Below are positions 1-8,655 of a DNA stretch of 51,129 nt, one piece after another. The translations under genes were made by a program, and so were the position numbers. Within the stretch, counting starts at the first letter, position 1, and each line of letters opens with the position of its first letter. The notes beneath the pieces are model-generated. The model saw only the letters and a list, made by a program, of their open reading frames with translations. It searched no databases and was not told where the DNA came from. Source of the DNA: Candidatus Binataceae bacterium (GTDB taxonomy: Bacteria > Desulfobacterota > Binatia > Binatales > Binataceae); NCBI GenBank assembly GCA_035500975.1, contig DATJWT010000024.1, positions 1-51,129 on the forward strand, in the 5' to 3' direction.

Positions 1-54
1 CCGCGCCCGGGCGCCACTTGACGGTGTGGGTATGGCCGCGCTAATGCCGCGACT

Positions 55-897
55 ATGCAGGTGGCTCATGGCGCAAAGATGAAGTTCGGTCCGGTCTCCG
101 GCCATCGCGGCAACGGCATCGATTTCAAACGCCTGCTTCAGGGCACCGTCGGGGCGCCGGACAACTTCGAGTTCAGCCTGGTGCAAACTGCGGACAACTA
201 CTACACGCCGCGTCATCGCCATAACTTTGACCAGGTGCGCTACTGCCTCGAAGGCGTGATGAACTATGCGCCCGGCAAGAACCTGGAGGCGGGCATGGTG
301 GGCTACTTTCCCGAGGGCACCTTCTATGGTCCCCAGCAGGATACCGCCGGCTCGATAACCCTGGTCCTGCAGATGGGCGGATCGAGCGGCTACGGCTTCA
401 TGAGCTACGACCAGTTGAATGCCGGCTACCAGCAGCTCTGCGATTACGGAAATTTCGACCAGGGTGTCTTCACCCGCACCACCTCCGATGGCCGCACGGT
501 TCGCAAAGACAGCTACGAAGCGGTTTGGGAGCATGTGATGCGCAGCGGGGTCGAGTATCCGCCGCCGCGTTTCGAAGAGCCGGTCGTGATGTTCCCGGAC
601 AACTTCAAGTGGATGAACATCGGGCACGGCTTCGAGGTCAAACGGCTGGGTGCTTTTGGCGAGCGCGGCCTCGAGTTGAGCCTGATTCGCGGCCTCCGCG
701 GCGCGAAACACACGATTCACAACCTCGCGGCGTGCGAGCTGTTGTTCGTCCTGGAAGGTGTCCTGCGCGCCTCGAGCTCCCGCGAATGGATCGGCAAGCA
801 TTCGGCCTTGCGCATTGATGCCGCGGATTCCGGGATGTCGCTGGAAGTTGATGAGGACGCCAAGATGTTCGCCATCACTCTGCCGCTATTCGGCTGA
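55..897 (+). CDS. cupin-fold protein (tentative), 280 aa
   Basis: An in-frame TGA at 19-21 makes ATG 55 the first possible start. Composition looks coding, unlike the overlapping Arg-rich ORFs. The segment YYTPRHRHNFDQVRYCLEG resembles a cupin metal-binding strand. Function not established. Confidence 0.5.
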   Translation: MQVAHGAKMKFGPVSGHRGNGIDFKRLLQGTVGAPDNFEFSLVQTADNYYTPRHRHNFDQVRYCLEGVMNYAPGKNLEAGMVGYFPEGTFYGPQQDTAGSITLVLQMGGSSGYGFMSYDQLNAGYQQLCDYGNFDQGVFTRTTSDGRTVRKDSYEAVWEHVMRSGVEYPPPRFEEPVVMFPDNFKWMNIGHGFEVKRLGAFGERGLELSLIRGLRGAKHTIHNLAACELLFVLEGVLRASSSREWIGKHSALRIDAADSGMSLEVDEDAKMFAITLPLFG

Positions 898-924
898 AAC
901 GCCGGTATTTCAGGAGAAACCACA

Positions 925-1914
925 ATGGCTGCTGGAATTGCTCGCTCTTCCTCGCGATCGCGAACCTCATCCCGTGCGGCGAAGTCGCCCGCGGGATTTC
1001 ATTCGAGCTGGTATGCCATCGCGAGATCCGAAGAAGTCGCAACCGGCCAGGTCATCGGCCGCGACTTCATGGAGGGGCGCGCGATTGTCTATCGCGGGGA
1101 GAGCGGCCGCCCCTCGGTGATGAGCGCGTACTGCCGGCATCTCGGCGCTGACCTCGGGGTGGGCAGGGTTGTCGGCGAGGACGTGCGCTGTGCGTTCCAT
1201 CATTGGCAGTATGGTCCCGATGGCGCGTGCACCAAGATTCCGGCATCCGACAAGATTCCCAAAGCCGCGCGGGTCTTCAAATTTCCGACCGCGGAGAAGT
1301 GGGGACTCATCTGGGCCTTCAACGGCGAGGAGCCGCTCTTCGACGTGCCCGACTTTCCGGGATTCAACGAAGCCGACCTGGAGTTTCGCACCGTCGAGGC
1401 ATTCGATCTGCCGGTCGAGCCCTGGGTGCCGTTCACCAACTCGATGGACTTTCAGCATCTGCGGGTTCTGCACGGTCTGAAGATCGATTTCGACCCCGCG
1501 CAGATCGCCGTCGGCGATCATCAGATCCAGTACGACGTGCGCTTCGAGGATCCCAACCTCGGGGTATTCGACCAGTGCATCCGCGTAACCGGCATCAACA
1601 CCATCGCGCTGGCCGGCAAGCTCAACGGGATGAGCGTCTTCTCGATGGCGACGGGAACGCCGACGCCCGATGGGCGCACGATCGGATGGATGGTCACCGC
1701 GACGCCGCGCGCGGAAGGCGTGGCCGAGCAGCGCGCGCAGCAGCTCCAGATCGGAGAGGCGTTCTTCAAGCGCTTGATCGAGGAAGACACGCCGGTGCTA
1801 AGCACCGCGCATTTCCACGAAGGCGTATTGATCGAAGCGGACCGAGCGCTCGCGATGTTCTTTCAGTACGTGAAGCGCTTTCCGCGCGCCCGACCCGCGG
1901 CGCGGTTCAACTGA
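925..1914 (+). CDS. Rieske [2Fe-2S] non-heme iron oxygenase, alpha-subunit-like (KshA/aromatic ring-hydroxylating type), 329 aa
   Basis: AGGAG at 912-916 lies 8 nt before ATG 925. Rieske motif CRHLG...CAFHHW is present. Mononuclear iron motif D-x2-H-x4-H is present (DFQHLRVLH). Confidence 0.8.
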   Translation: MAAGIARSSSRSRTSSRAAKSPAGFHSSWYAIARSEEVATGQVIGRDFMEGRAIVYRGESGRPSVMSAYCRHLGADLGVGRVVGEDVRCAFHHWQYGPDGACTKIPASDKIPKAARVFKFPTAEKWGLIWAFNGEEPLFDVPDFPGFNEADLEFRTVEAFDLPVEPWVPFTNSMDFQHLRVLHGLKIDFDPAQIAVGDHQIQYDVRFEDPNLGVFDQCIRVTGINTIALAGKLNGMSVFSMATGTPTPDGRTIGWMVTATPRAEGVAEQRAQQLQIGEAFFKRLIEEDTPVLSTAHFHEGVLIEADRALAMFFQYVKRFPRARPAARFN

Positions 1915-1938
1915 AGCGGTCTTCGAGGAACGTTCGGC

Positions 1939-3738
1939 TCAATCGTTGTTGGCGCGTTCCAGCGCGGGCTTTCGCTTGCCCGCCAGGTTGTGCGCGGTGT
2001 TGATCAGGCACACATGGGTGAACGCCTGCGGAAAGTTGCCGAGCTGGCGCTTCATGCCCGGATCGTATTCTTCCGCGAGCAGACCGATATCGTTGGAGAT
2101 CGCGATCAGGCGTTCAAAGATGGCGCGCGCCTCGTCGATCCTGCCCAGCGCGGCCAGGTTGTCCGCGTACCAGTAGGTACAGGCAAGGAACGCTCCCTCT
2201 CCGCTCGGGAGCCCATCGACGTTACCTGCGCCCGAGTACCGCATCACGAACCCATCGACCATCAATTCCTTTTCGACCGCCGCGATCGTGCTGACCACGC
2301 GCGGATCGGTTGCGGGCAGAAAGCCGACCAACGGCATCATCAGGATGGAAGCATCGAGCGTGGTCGCGCCGTAGTACTGCATGAACGCGTTACGGCTGGA
2401 GTCGAACCCGTTGCGGCATACGTCATCGTGGATTTGCTGCCGCAGCGCACGCCATTGATCGGCCGGACCGCTGAGTTTGAATTTATCCACCGCCTTGACC
2501 GCGCGATCGACTGCCACCCACGCCATCACCTTGGAATGCGTGAAATGGCGGCGCGGCCCGCGTACCTCCCAGATCCCTTCGTCGGGCTGATCCCACACCG
2601 ACTCGAGATAGTCCATCAATTTTTTCTGCAGAGACCAGGCGTAGCTCTGTTCGGGTACGCGATGCTTGCGGGCGACGTGCAGCGTGTCCATAACCTCGCC
2701 GTACACGTCGAGCTGGAATTGCTGATGCGCGGCATTGCCGATTCGGACCGGCCGGCTGTTCGCGTATCCCGAGAGCCAGGGAATCTCGCCCTCGGTGAGT
2801 TGCCGCTCGCCCGCCAGCCCATACATGATTTGCATTTCCTGCGGATGGCCCGCGACCGCGCGCAGCAGCCATTCACGCCACGAACGCGCTTCCTGCGTGT
2901 AGCCCGCGATGAGCAGTGCGTAGAGTGTGAGGGTCGCATCGCGCAGCCAGCAATATCGATAGTCCCAATTGCGTACTCCCCCGAGGGCTTCGGGCAGCGA
3001 AGTCGTCGGTGCCGCGACCATCCCGCCGGTCGGCGCATAGCTCAGCGCCTTCAGCGTGATCAGCGAGCGCATCACCGGCTCGCGCCACTCGCCCGTCCAT
3101 TTGCAGCGGGCCGACCAGTCGGTCCACCACTTCTCCGTCTCCGCGAGCAGCGCGCCCGGATCGCCTCCGCGCGGAGTCGGACGATGCGATGGATACCAGG
3201 TGAGGTTGAATGAAGCCTCCTGGTCGGCGGACAGGGAAAATTCGCCCGTGTGCGCGAGGTTGTGGCCGATCAGTCGCACAGGAGATCGCAACTCGACTGC
3301 ATCGGGCCCGGCTACCGCGCGCAGCCCGTAGTCCGCGCGACGTACCCACGGAATATCGTGGCCGTAACCGAAGCGCAGGACGAACTCGGTGCGCATCGTG
3401 ACGTTGCCCGAGGTGCATCGAACCATCCGCACCAGGTCCACGCGATCGTCGCGATTCGAAATTGGCATGAAATCGATCAGCGTTGCGGTGCCGGTCATGG
3501 TCTCGAAAGTAGTTTCGAGGATGAGCGTGTCGCCGCGATAGCGGCGGGTGACTTTCTTGAGATCGCCGGCCGGCTCGATCTGCCAACGTCCATTGGTTCG
3601 ATCTCCCAGCAACGAGGCGAAGCATGCGCCCGAATCGAAGCGCGGCATGCACAGCCAGTCGATTGACCCGTTGCGCCCGACCAGGGCCGCCGTTCGGGTG
3701 TTGCCGATAAGTCCGTAATCTTCTATCGCCAGGTTCAC
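1939..3738 (-). CDS. glycoside hydrolase family 15 protein (glucoamylase/trehalase-like), 599 aa
   Basis: From GTG 3738 the protein starts VNLAIEDYGLIGNTRTAALVGRNGSIDWLCMPRFDS, a typical GH15 N-terminus. The track ORF runs on to 4284, but those 182 extra codons are Arg/Ser/Pro-rich and overlap the SDR gene. Confidence 0.85.
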   Translation of the reverse strand: MNLAIEDYGLIGNTRTAALVGRNGSIDWLCMPRFDSGACFASLLGDRTNGRWQIEPAGDLKKVTRRYRGDTLILETTFETMTGTATLIDFMPISNRDDRVDLVRMVRCTSGNVTMRTEFVLRFGYGHDIPWVRRADYGLRAVAGPDAVELRSPVRLIGHNLAHTGEFSLSADQEASFNLTWYPSHRPTPRGGDPGALLAETEKWWTDWSARCKWTGEWREPVMRSLITLKALSYAPTGGMVAAPTTSLPEALGGVRNWDYRYCWLRDATLTLYALLIAGYTQEARSWREWLLRAVAGHPQEMQIMYGLAGERQLTEGEIPWLSGYANSRPVRIGNAAHQQFQLDVYGEVMDTLHVARKHRVPEQSYAWSLQKKLMDYLESVWDQPDEGIWEVRGPRRHFTHSKVMAWVAVDRAVKAVDKFKLSGPADQWRALRQQIHDDVCRNGFDSSRNAFMQYYGATTLDASILMMPLVGFLPATDPRVVSTIAAVEKELMVDGFVMRYSGAGNVDGLPSGEGAFLACTYWYADNLAALGRIDEARAIFERLIAISNDIGLLAEEYDPGMKRQLGNFPQAFTHVCLINTAHNLAGKRKPALERANND

Positions 3739-3916
3739 GCAGTTCGCCTCGGTGCGGAAAATTCGCGTCGCAAGCCTACCACGCAGGGGCAGCGGGTTCG
3801 ACGTGCCTTCGGCAGTTCCGCGGCTCCTTGAAAGCCTCCCGAGATTTCCGTTCGTCGCGCTGTTCATTGCTCTATCGTGTGCGCTATGTCTCAACCAATT
3901 CGCAGCAAGGAGAATC

Positions 3917-4699
3917 ATGATGGGCAGGCTCGATGGCAAGATTGCCCTGATCGTAGGCGGCGGCGCGGACGGTCCTCCCAACAAGGGCGAGCCACTCGCG
4001 ATCGGTAACGGACGCGCGACCGCGATCATGTGCGCGCGCGAGGGCGCGGCCGTGATGGTCGCCGACCTGAAGCTGAATCTCGCCGAGGAGACCGCTGCCG
4101 CAATCCGCGGCGAGGGCGGGCGCGCCAAGGCTGTCGCATGCGATGTCAGCAGGGAAGAGGACTGCCGCGCCGTGGTCGAAGCAACGGTGCGCGAGTTCGG
4201 CAAGCTGCATCTGCTGGTCAACAACGTCGGAATCGGAATCGGCGGGAATCTGCTCAAGACCACGACCGAACAATTCGATCGCATGGTCGATGTGAACCTG
4301 CGCAGCCATTTCCTGACGATGCGCTACGCAGTGCCGGAAATCGCCAAGGCGGGGGGAGGCGCGGTCGTGAACGTCTCGTCGATGGCGGCGCTGCGCAGCA
4401 ATCGCCTGATTCCCTACGAAGCGACCAAGGCCGCGCTGCTGGGGCTGTCGCGATCCGCGGCGGCATCGCATGCGCGCGACAATATTCGCGTCAACACGAT
4501 CCTGCCGGGACTGATCAACTCCACGATGGTACGGCGGGAGATCGGCGATCGCGAGGCGACGGTCGCGCCGCGCATCCCGCTGCGCCGGCAGGGCACGCCA
4601 TGGGAAATCGCGAAGGCAATCGTGTTCCTGCTCTCCGACGACGCGTCGTATATCACTGGCACGGAGTTGATAGTGGACGGCGGCCTCTCGATGGGTTGA
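3917..4699 (+). CDS. short-chain dehydrogenase/reductase (SDR) family oxidoreductase, 260 aa
   Basis: AAGGAG at 3907-3912 precedes ATG 3917. The N-terminus GKIALIVGGG... is a Rossmann glycine motif. NNVGI and a downstream Y-x3-K region (YEATKAA) are present. Confidence 0.85.
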   Translation: MMGRLDGKIALIVGGGADGPPNKGEPLAIGNGRATAIMCAREGAAVMVADLKLNLAEETAAAIRGEGGRAKAVACDVSREEDCRAVVEATVREFGKLHLLVNNVGIGIGGNLLKTTTEQFDRMVDVNLRSHFLTMRYAVPEIAKAGGGAVVNVSSMAALRSNRLIPYEATKAALLGLSRSAAASHARDNIRVNTILPGLINSTMVRREIGDREATVAPRIPLRRQGTPWEIAKAIVFLLSDDASYITGTELIVDGGLSMG

Positions 4700-5055
4700 A
4701 AGCTGCGGCCGTCTCCTTTGACGCGACCAGACTGCGTGCCGTTCGCGCTGCGTCACCTCTCTATGTCATCCCGAGCGGAGCATTCCGATGCGGAGCCGAG
4801 GGACCTCAGCGAATGATTCGTTGGCAGCTTCCAGGACAGAAAAAATGCTGCGGATGTCTCGGCTCATCGGGCTTGGTCAGTCATGTCGACAAAGTGTGGA
4901 CAACAACTCTTCAGGTGGGCCAGGCGATTTGCAAGCAAAATGCCCACGGCGCATCATCGCATCCAGGAGTGCGCGACCGCCGAATGCATCTCGCAAAGCA
5001 CCACAAGCAAATGTGTCCTCCTGAAGGCGTGCGAAAGGATGCGCAGTCTCCGGAA

Positions 5056-5120
5056 TGTTGTAAATTGTTGTACTTTTCAGCGGGGGGCCGATTCCGATTC
5101 CGAAATGTTAGCAAATGTTA
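5056..5120. repeat. cluster of short direct repeats with 10-bp phasing in a long non-coding leader
   Basis: TGTTGTA occurs at 5056-5062 and 5066-5072. CCGATT is repeated about 2.5 times at 5088-5103. AAATGTTA occurs at 5103-5110 and 5113-5120. All lie 145-210 bp upstream of the LLM gene start. Confidence 0.4.
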
Positions 5121-5263
5121 TGGTTTCCACAGCCGCTGGAAGGAAAATGCCCCGTCTTCTCGGCTCTTTCTTCGACCACGTCGGCCTCTGGCCTCGATGA
5201 AATCTGCTTCGAACCGTACAAGATCTGCACCCGACCTTGTAGTCACCTCAACCCGAGGCCAAC

Positions 5264-6274
5264 ATGCCCAGGATTAAATTCGGCTACCAACTCGATTTTC
5301 GGAATCCCCCAGGCTCAGGCCGTAGCTTCACCGACCTTTATCGCGACTGTCTCGAGCAGGTGGAAATCGCCGAGTCGCTCGGCTTCGATTCCATATGGCT
5401 GACCGAGCATCACTTTACCGACGATGGTTACCTGCCCGCGATGCTCACGGCTGCCGCCGCGATTGCAGCGCGCACCAAACGAGTGAAGATCGGCACCTTC
5501 GTGCTGCTCGCGCCGTTCCAGCATCCGCTGAAGCTCGCCGAAGATGCCGCCGTAGTCGATGTGATCTCGAACGGTCGCCTGCGCCTTGGCCTTGGGCAGG
5601 GCTACCGGCAGGAGGAGTTCGACGGGTTTGGCGTGCCGCGCGCGCAACGTCTCGGACGAACGCTCGAGACAATCGAGATTCTCAAGCTGGCGTGGACGGG
5701 CGAGCGCTTCAGCTTCGATGGCAGGTACTTTCATTTCAAGGACGTTCGCATCCTGCCGACGCCCGCGAGTCGGCCTCATCCTGAATTGTTGTGGGGGGCC
5801 GGAGCGCCGAAGGCAATCCGCCGCGCCGCGAACATGGGGTTGGGGTTCGCATGCGTCGGCGGTCGCAAGGAAGCCGGAATCTATATTGAAGCTCTGAAGA
5901 ACGCCGGACGAAATGCGGCGGACTTCAGCCTGGTCAACAGCCGCGTCGTTTACATAGCCGCGACCGAGGAAGAGGCCTGGCGCGACACCGGAGACGCCCT
6001 CATGTACCAGGCCGAGCACTACGGCAAATGGCTCAGCGCGGCCGCCGGTACGACAGACATGAGCAAGGTGCTGATTCGGCCGGACCCGGAGCGACTCAAG
6101 CACACCAGCATTCTCGGGCCGCCAGAAAAAGTCCGCGCGCGCATCGCGGAGGTACTTGAGTCGGGGTCGTACACCGAGCTGATAACGGTGACGCAACTGC
6201 CCGGACTCGATCCGGCCAGGGCGCGCCGGTCGCTTGAGCGCTTTGGCCGCGAAGTCCTGCCGGCGTTCAAGTAG
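5264..6274 (+). CDS. LLM-class (luciferase-like) flavin/F420-dependent oxidoreductase, 336 aa
   Basis: The N-terminus ...FGYQLDF...AESLGFDSIWLTEHHF...GRLRLGLGQGY is characteristic of luciferase-like monooxygenase family proteins. Confidence 0.85.
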   Translation: MPRIKFGYQLDFRNPPGSGRSFTDLYRDCLEQVEIAESLGFDSIWLTEHHFTDDGYLPAMLTAAAAIAARTKRVKIGTFVLLAPFQHPLKLAEDAAVVDVISNGRLRLGLGQGYRQEEFDGFGVPRAQRLGRTLETIEILKLAWTGERFSFDGRYFHFKDVRILPTPASRPHPELLWGAGAPKAIRRAANMGLGFACVGGRKEAGIYIEALKNAGRNAADFSLVNSRVVYIAATEEEAWRDTGDALMYQAEHYGKWLSAAAGTTDMSKVLIRPDPERLKHTSILGPPEKVRARIAEVLESGSYTELITVTQLPGLDPARARRSLERFGREVLPAFK

Positions 6275-6325
6275 GAACGCCCGTAAGCTAGTCTCTCGGC
6301 TCAGTTTTGGCGAGGAGGGAGAACG

Positions 6326-7096
6326 ATGCGACTGTTTACGTTCGCCACCAGCCCGTACGCGCGCAAAGTGCGCATGGCCCTGGATTTCAAAGGCATCGCA
6401 TACGAACCGGTCGAACGATGCTACTCGCTCGATCACAAGGCCGACCTGCTCACGGCCAATCCGCGCGCCGAGGTGCCGGCGCTGATCCTCGACGACGGAC
6501 GCACCATCGCCGATTCGACGATTATTTGCGAATACCTGGAAGATACCTTCCCCGAGCCTTCATTGCGGCCGGGCGATCCCTACGAGCGCGCACGAATGCG
6601 TCAGATCGAAGACCTCTGCGATCGGGCATTCGACGCGGTCACCTACGGCTACTGGATCGCCGAGGCGCGTAAAACCGCGCCGGAATCGGACCGGATGAAA
6701 GCCGCGGCGCGCGCGGAATTCGAGGCGCTGCTCAAGAAGCTCGAAGGCGAGCTCGGCGATCGCGATTTCTTCTGCGGCGCGATCAGCATCGCCGACCTTG
6801 CCGCGATCTGCCACGTGCCTGCCGCGCGCGCGATCGGAATCGACCTTCACAAGATGCCGCATCTGCGCAGATGGAGCGCGCGCATGACGGCGATTCCGGC
6901 GGTGAAGGGCGATCGCGACCGGCTGGTCGCGGCCCTCTCCAAGGTTCATGATATTACGAGCGAGCTGGAAGGTCCGGACGGCAAGGTGCATTGGCGCGAC
7001 AGCCGCCTGGAATGGCCCGTCCGTCACGGCTTTTTCGAGTTCGTCGCGCGCGAGTTCGGAGCAGGCAAGATGATGTTTCCGCCGGACGGGACATGA
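6326..7096 (+). CDS. glutathione S-transferase family protein, 256 aa
   Basis: GAGGAGGGAG RBS lies before ATG 6326. The thioredoxin-like N-domain reads MRLFTFATSPYARKVRMAL...EVPALILDDGRTIADSTIICEYLED, followed by a helical C-domain. Confidence 0.8.
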   Translation: MRLFTFATSPYARKVRMALDFKGIAYEPVERCYSLDHKADLLTANPRAEVPALILDDGRTIADSTIICEYLEDTFPEPSLRPGDPYERARMRQIEDLCDRAFDAVTYGYWIAEARKTAPESDRMKAAARAEFEALLKKLEGELGDRDFFCGAISIADLAAICHVPAARAIGIDLHKMPHLRRWSARMTAIPAVKGDRDRLVAALSKVHDITSELEGPDGKVHWRDSRLEWPVRHGFFEFVAREFGAGKMMFPPDGT

Positions 7097-7117
7097 CGCG
7101 CAGCAAGGAGGTAGCCT

Positions 7118-7966
7118 ATGCCGGTAGATTACATTCCGCGTACGCGTGAACTGTACGCCGACTACAACAACCCATATCGATGGGTTACCAACGAGTCGGT
7201 GCCGTGGACGCCGCTCAGGAAACCCGTCGCGCAGAGCAAGATCGCGCTGATCAGCTCGGGCGGAATCATGTATCGCGATCAGCCCCGGTTCCATCGCGAG
7301 GACGCCTCCTACCGGCGCATCCCGAAGGAGGCGACGCGGGCCGACCTGAATGTCTGGCACTTCGGTTATCCGACCCGCGACGCGCAAATCGATCCGAATT
7401 GCGTGTTTCCGTGGGAACGGCTCAAGGAACTGGAGCGCGAGAAGATAATTGGCGAGTTGTCCGACCCGTGCTTCAGCTTCATGGGCGGTATCTACTCAGC
7501 CCGCAAAGTCCGCGATGAACTCGCGCCGCAGATCGCGGACGAACTCAAGCGCGCGCACGTCGATGCGTTCTACCTGGTGCCTGCCTGACCCGTATGCCAT
7601 CAGTCCGTCGGACTGATCGCGAGGGTGGTGGAAGAAGCCGGTATCCCGACGCTATGCATGACCTCAGCCCTGGACATCACGCGCGCAGTGAAAGCGCCGA
7701 GAGCGGTGTTCGTGAACTTTCCGCTGGGCCATCAGACCGGCAAACCGAACCAGCCCGGGTTGCAAAAGCGGATCGTGACCGATGCGATGCGGGCCTTCGA
7801 AACTATCACCACGCCGGGAACGATAGTCGAGTTGCCTTACGTGTGGGACGCGGACGATCGCGCGTGGGAGACGCGCGACTATACAAAAGGATGGCTGCCT
7901 GAGAGACCATCGAAGGACGAAGCTGATCGCGAAGAAGCTGAACGCCGCGCGCGTTACTCGGGCTGA
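7118..7966 (+). CDS. glycine/sarcosine/betaine/D-proline reductase selenoprotein B (GrdB/PrdB) family protein with selenocysteine encoded by TGA 7586-7588; 282 aa when read through
   Basis: AAGGAGG RBS lies before ATG 7118. Track ORFs 7118..7588 and 7625..7966 share one frame, separated only by TGA 7586-7588 and 12 open codons. Read-through gives FYLVPA-U-PVCHQSVGLIARVVEEAGIPT, a U-x-x-C motif. A hairpin lies 10 nt downstream of the TGA. Confidence 0.75.
7599..7617 (+). promoter_or_regulatory. SECIS-like stem-loop downstream of UGA 7586-7588
   Basis: Perfect 8-bp stem ATCAGTCC (7599-7606) / GGACTGAT (7610-7617) with apical GTC. The stem starts 10 nt after the TGA and the loop lies about 18 nt after it. 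The loop starts with G-U. Confidence 0.55.
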
Positions 7967-8023
7967 ACTCCTTCGACGTGCGCCGCGGCCACAATCTCGC
8001 CGGATGGCGGGGAGGAGCAAACG

Positions 8024-8416
8024 ATGAACGGAGTGGCAGCGATTGTGGGCCTGGCGGTGCTGGAATACATGGTCTTCGGTTACCTGGTGGGGAGGGCCCG
8101 CCGCACTTATCATGTCGCGGCGCCGGCCACGACCGGTGACCCGACTTTCGAGCGCTACTTCCGGATGCATCAGAATTCGATGGAGGCGCTGGTGGTGTTC
8201 ATCCCGGCCCTGGTGCTGTTCGCCGACTACGTCAGCGTTTCGATCGCGATCGCGTTGGGGCTGGTGTTCCTGGTGGGAAGGATCATCTACGCGGCCGGCT
8301 ACGTGAACCAGGCGGAAAGGCGCGCGCCCGGCGCGCTGATAACGTCCGCGATCAATGGCATCCTGGTGCTCGGCGCGATCGTCGGCCCGATACTCCATCA
8401 CTTCCGCGCGCACTGA
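8024..8416 (+). CDS. MAPEG family (microsomal GST-like) membrane protein, 130 aa
   Basis: GGGGAGGAG RBS. About four hydrophobic helices. The segment R...FERYFRMHQNSMEALVVF...GRIIYAAGY is typical of MAPEG proteins. Confidence 0.75.
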   Translation: MNGVAAIVGLAVLEYMVFGYLVGRARRTYHVAAPATTGDPTFERYFRMHQNSMEALVVFIPALVLFADYVSVSIAIALGLVFLVGRIIYAAGYVNQAERRAPGALITSAINGILVLGAIVGPILHHFRAH

Positions 8417-8655
8417 CCGTCGCCGTTCCGGGACTGTTCTCCGCAGTAGCGCGGTATCTCGCACGCGACCGTGACAAGTTGAAGCTTTAGCGGAGCCGGT
8501 CCGTAAATGAATCCGAAACTTTGCTGGTCCGCCGGACGGGCGCGTCACTTAGGATGGGCAGGTCGCTTCTTGGCAGATTTCAGGTGACCTACTAAAGTCG
8601 GGTTCTCGGAACGTTCCATCTCTAAACCATCAATCCGGAATTAAGGAGAATTTCC

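Noticed and set aside
1990-3213. 407-aa plus-strand ORF, and similar long ORFs at 5315..6436, 9135..9914, 24265..25311, 34196..35158, 40274..41230 and 43839..44720
   Set aside because: Each lies antisense to a gene with strong family motifs (GH15, LLM, BluB, lipoprotein, ProC/YggS, CoA-transferase, ABC). All have Arg/Gly/Asp-heavy composition and none has an RBS. They are GC-content artefacts.
3739-4284. 5' extension of the GH15 ORF (182 codons), and analogous extensions 29890..30468 (hyuB), 13477..13782 (cobS), 11553..11651 (cobD), 3752..3916 (SDR) and 23726..23809 (VOC)
   Set aside because: The extensions overlap the neighbouring gene or promoter region and are Arg/Ser/Pro-rich. In each case an internal start gives the family-typical N-terminus, usually with an RBS or an ATGA overlap to the upstream gene.
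4765-4810. GTCATCCCGAGCGGAGC...CGAGGGACCTCAGC resembles, from memory, a short intergenic repeat family of soil-bacterial genomes (it translates as V-I-P-S-...)
   Set aside because: There is only one copy in this window, so repetitiveness cannot be shown here. A whole-genome count is needed.
4883-5200. Cys-rich 105-aa ORF, plus 4788..5024 and 4911..5114, in the long intergenic region
   Set aside because: There is no RBS, the codon usage is atypical, no motif is recognisable, and the frames overlap each other. The region is treated as non-coding (see the finding on this region).
7625-7966. Independent 113-aa gene starting at GTG 7625
   Set aside because: There is no RBS. It is in frame with 7118..7588, with 12 open codons in between. 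The bridging sequence (PVCHQSVGLIAR) forms a U-x-x-C motif. It is interpreted as the C-terminal half of a selenoprotein.
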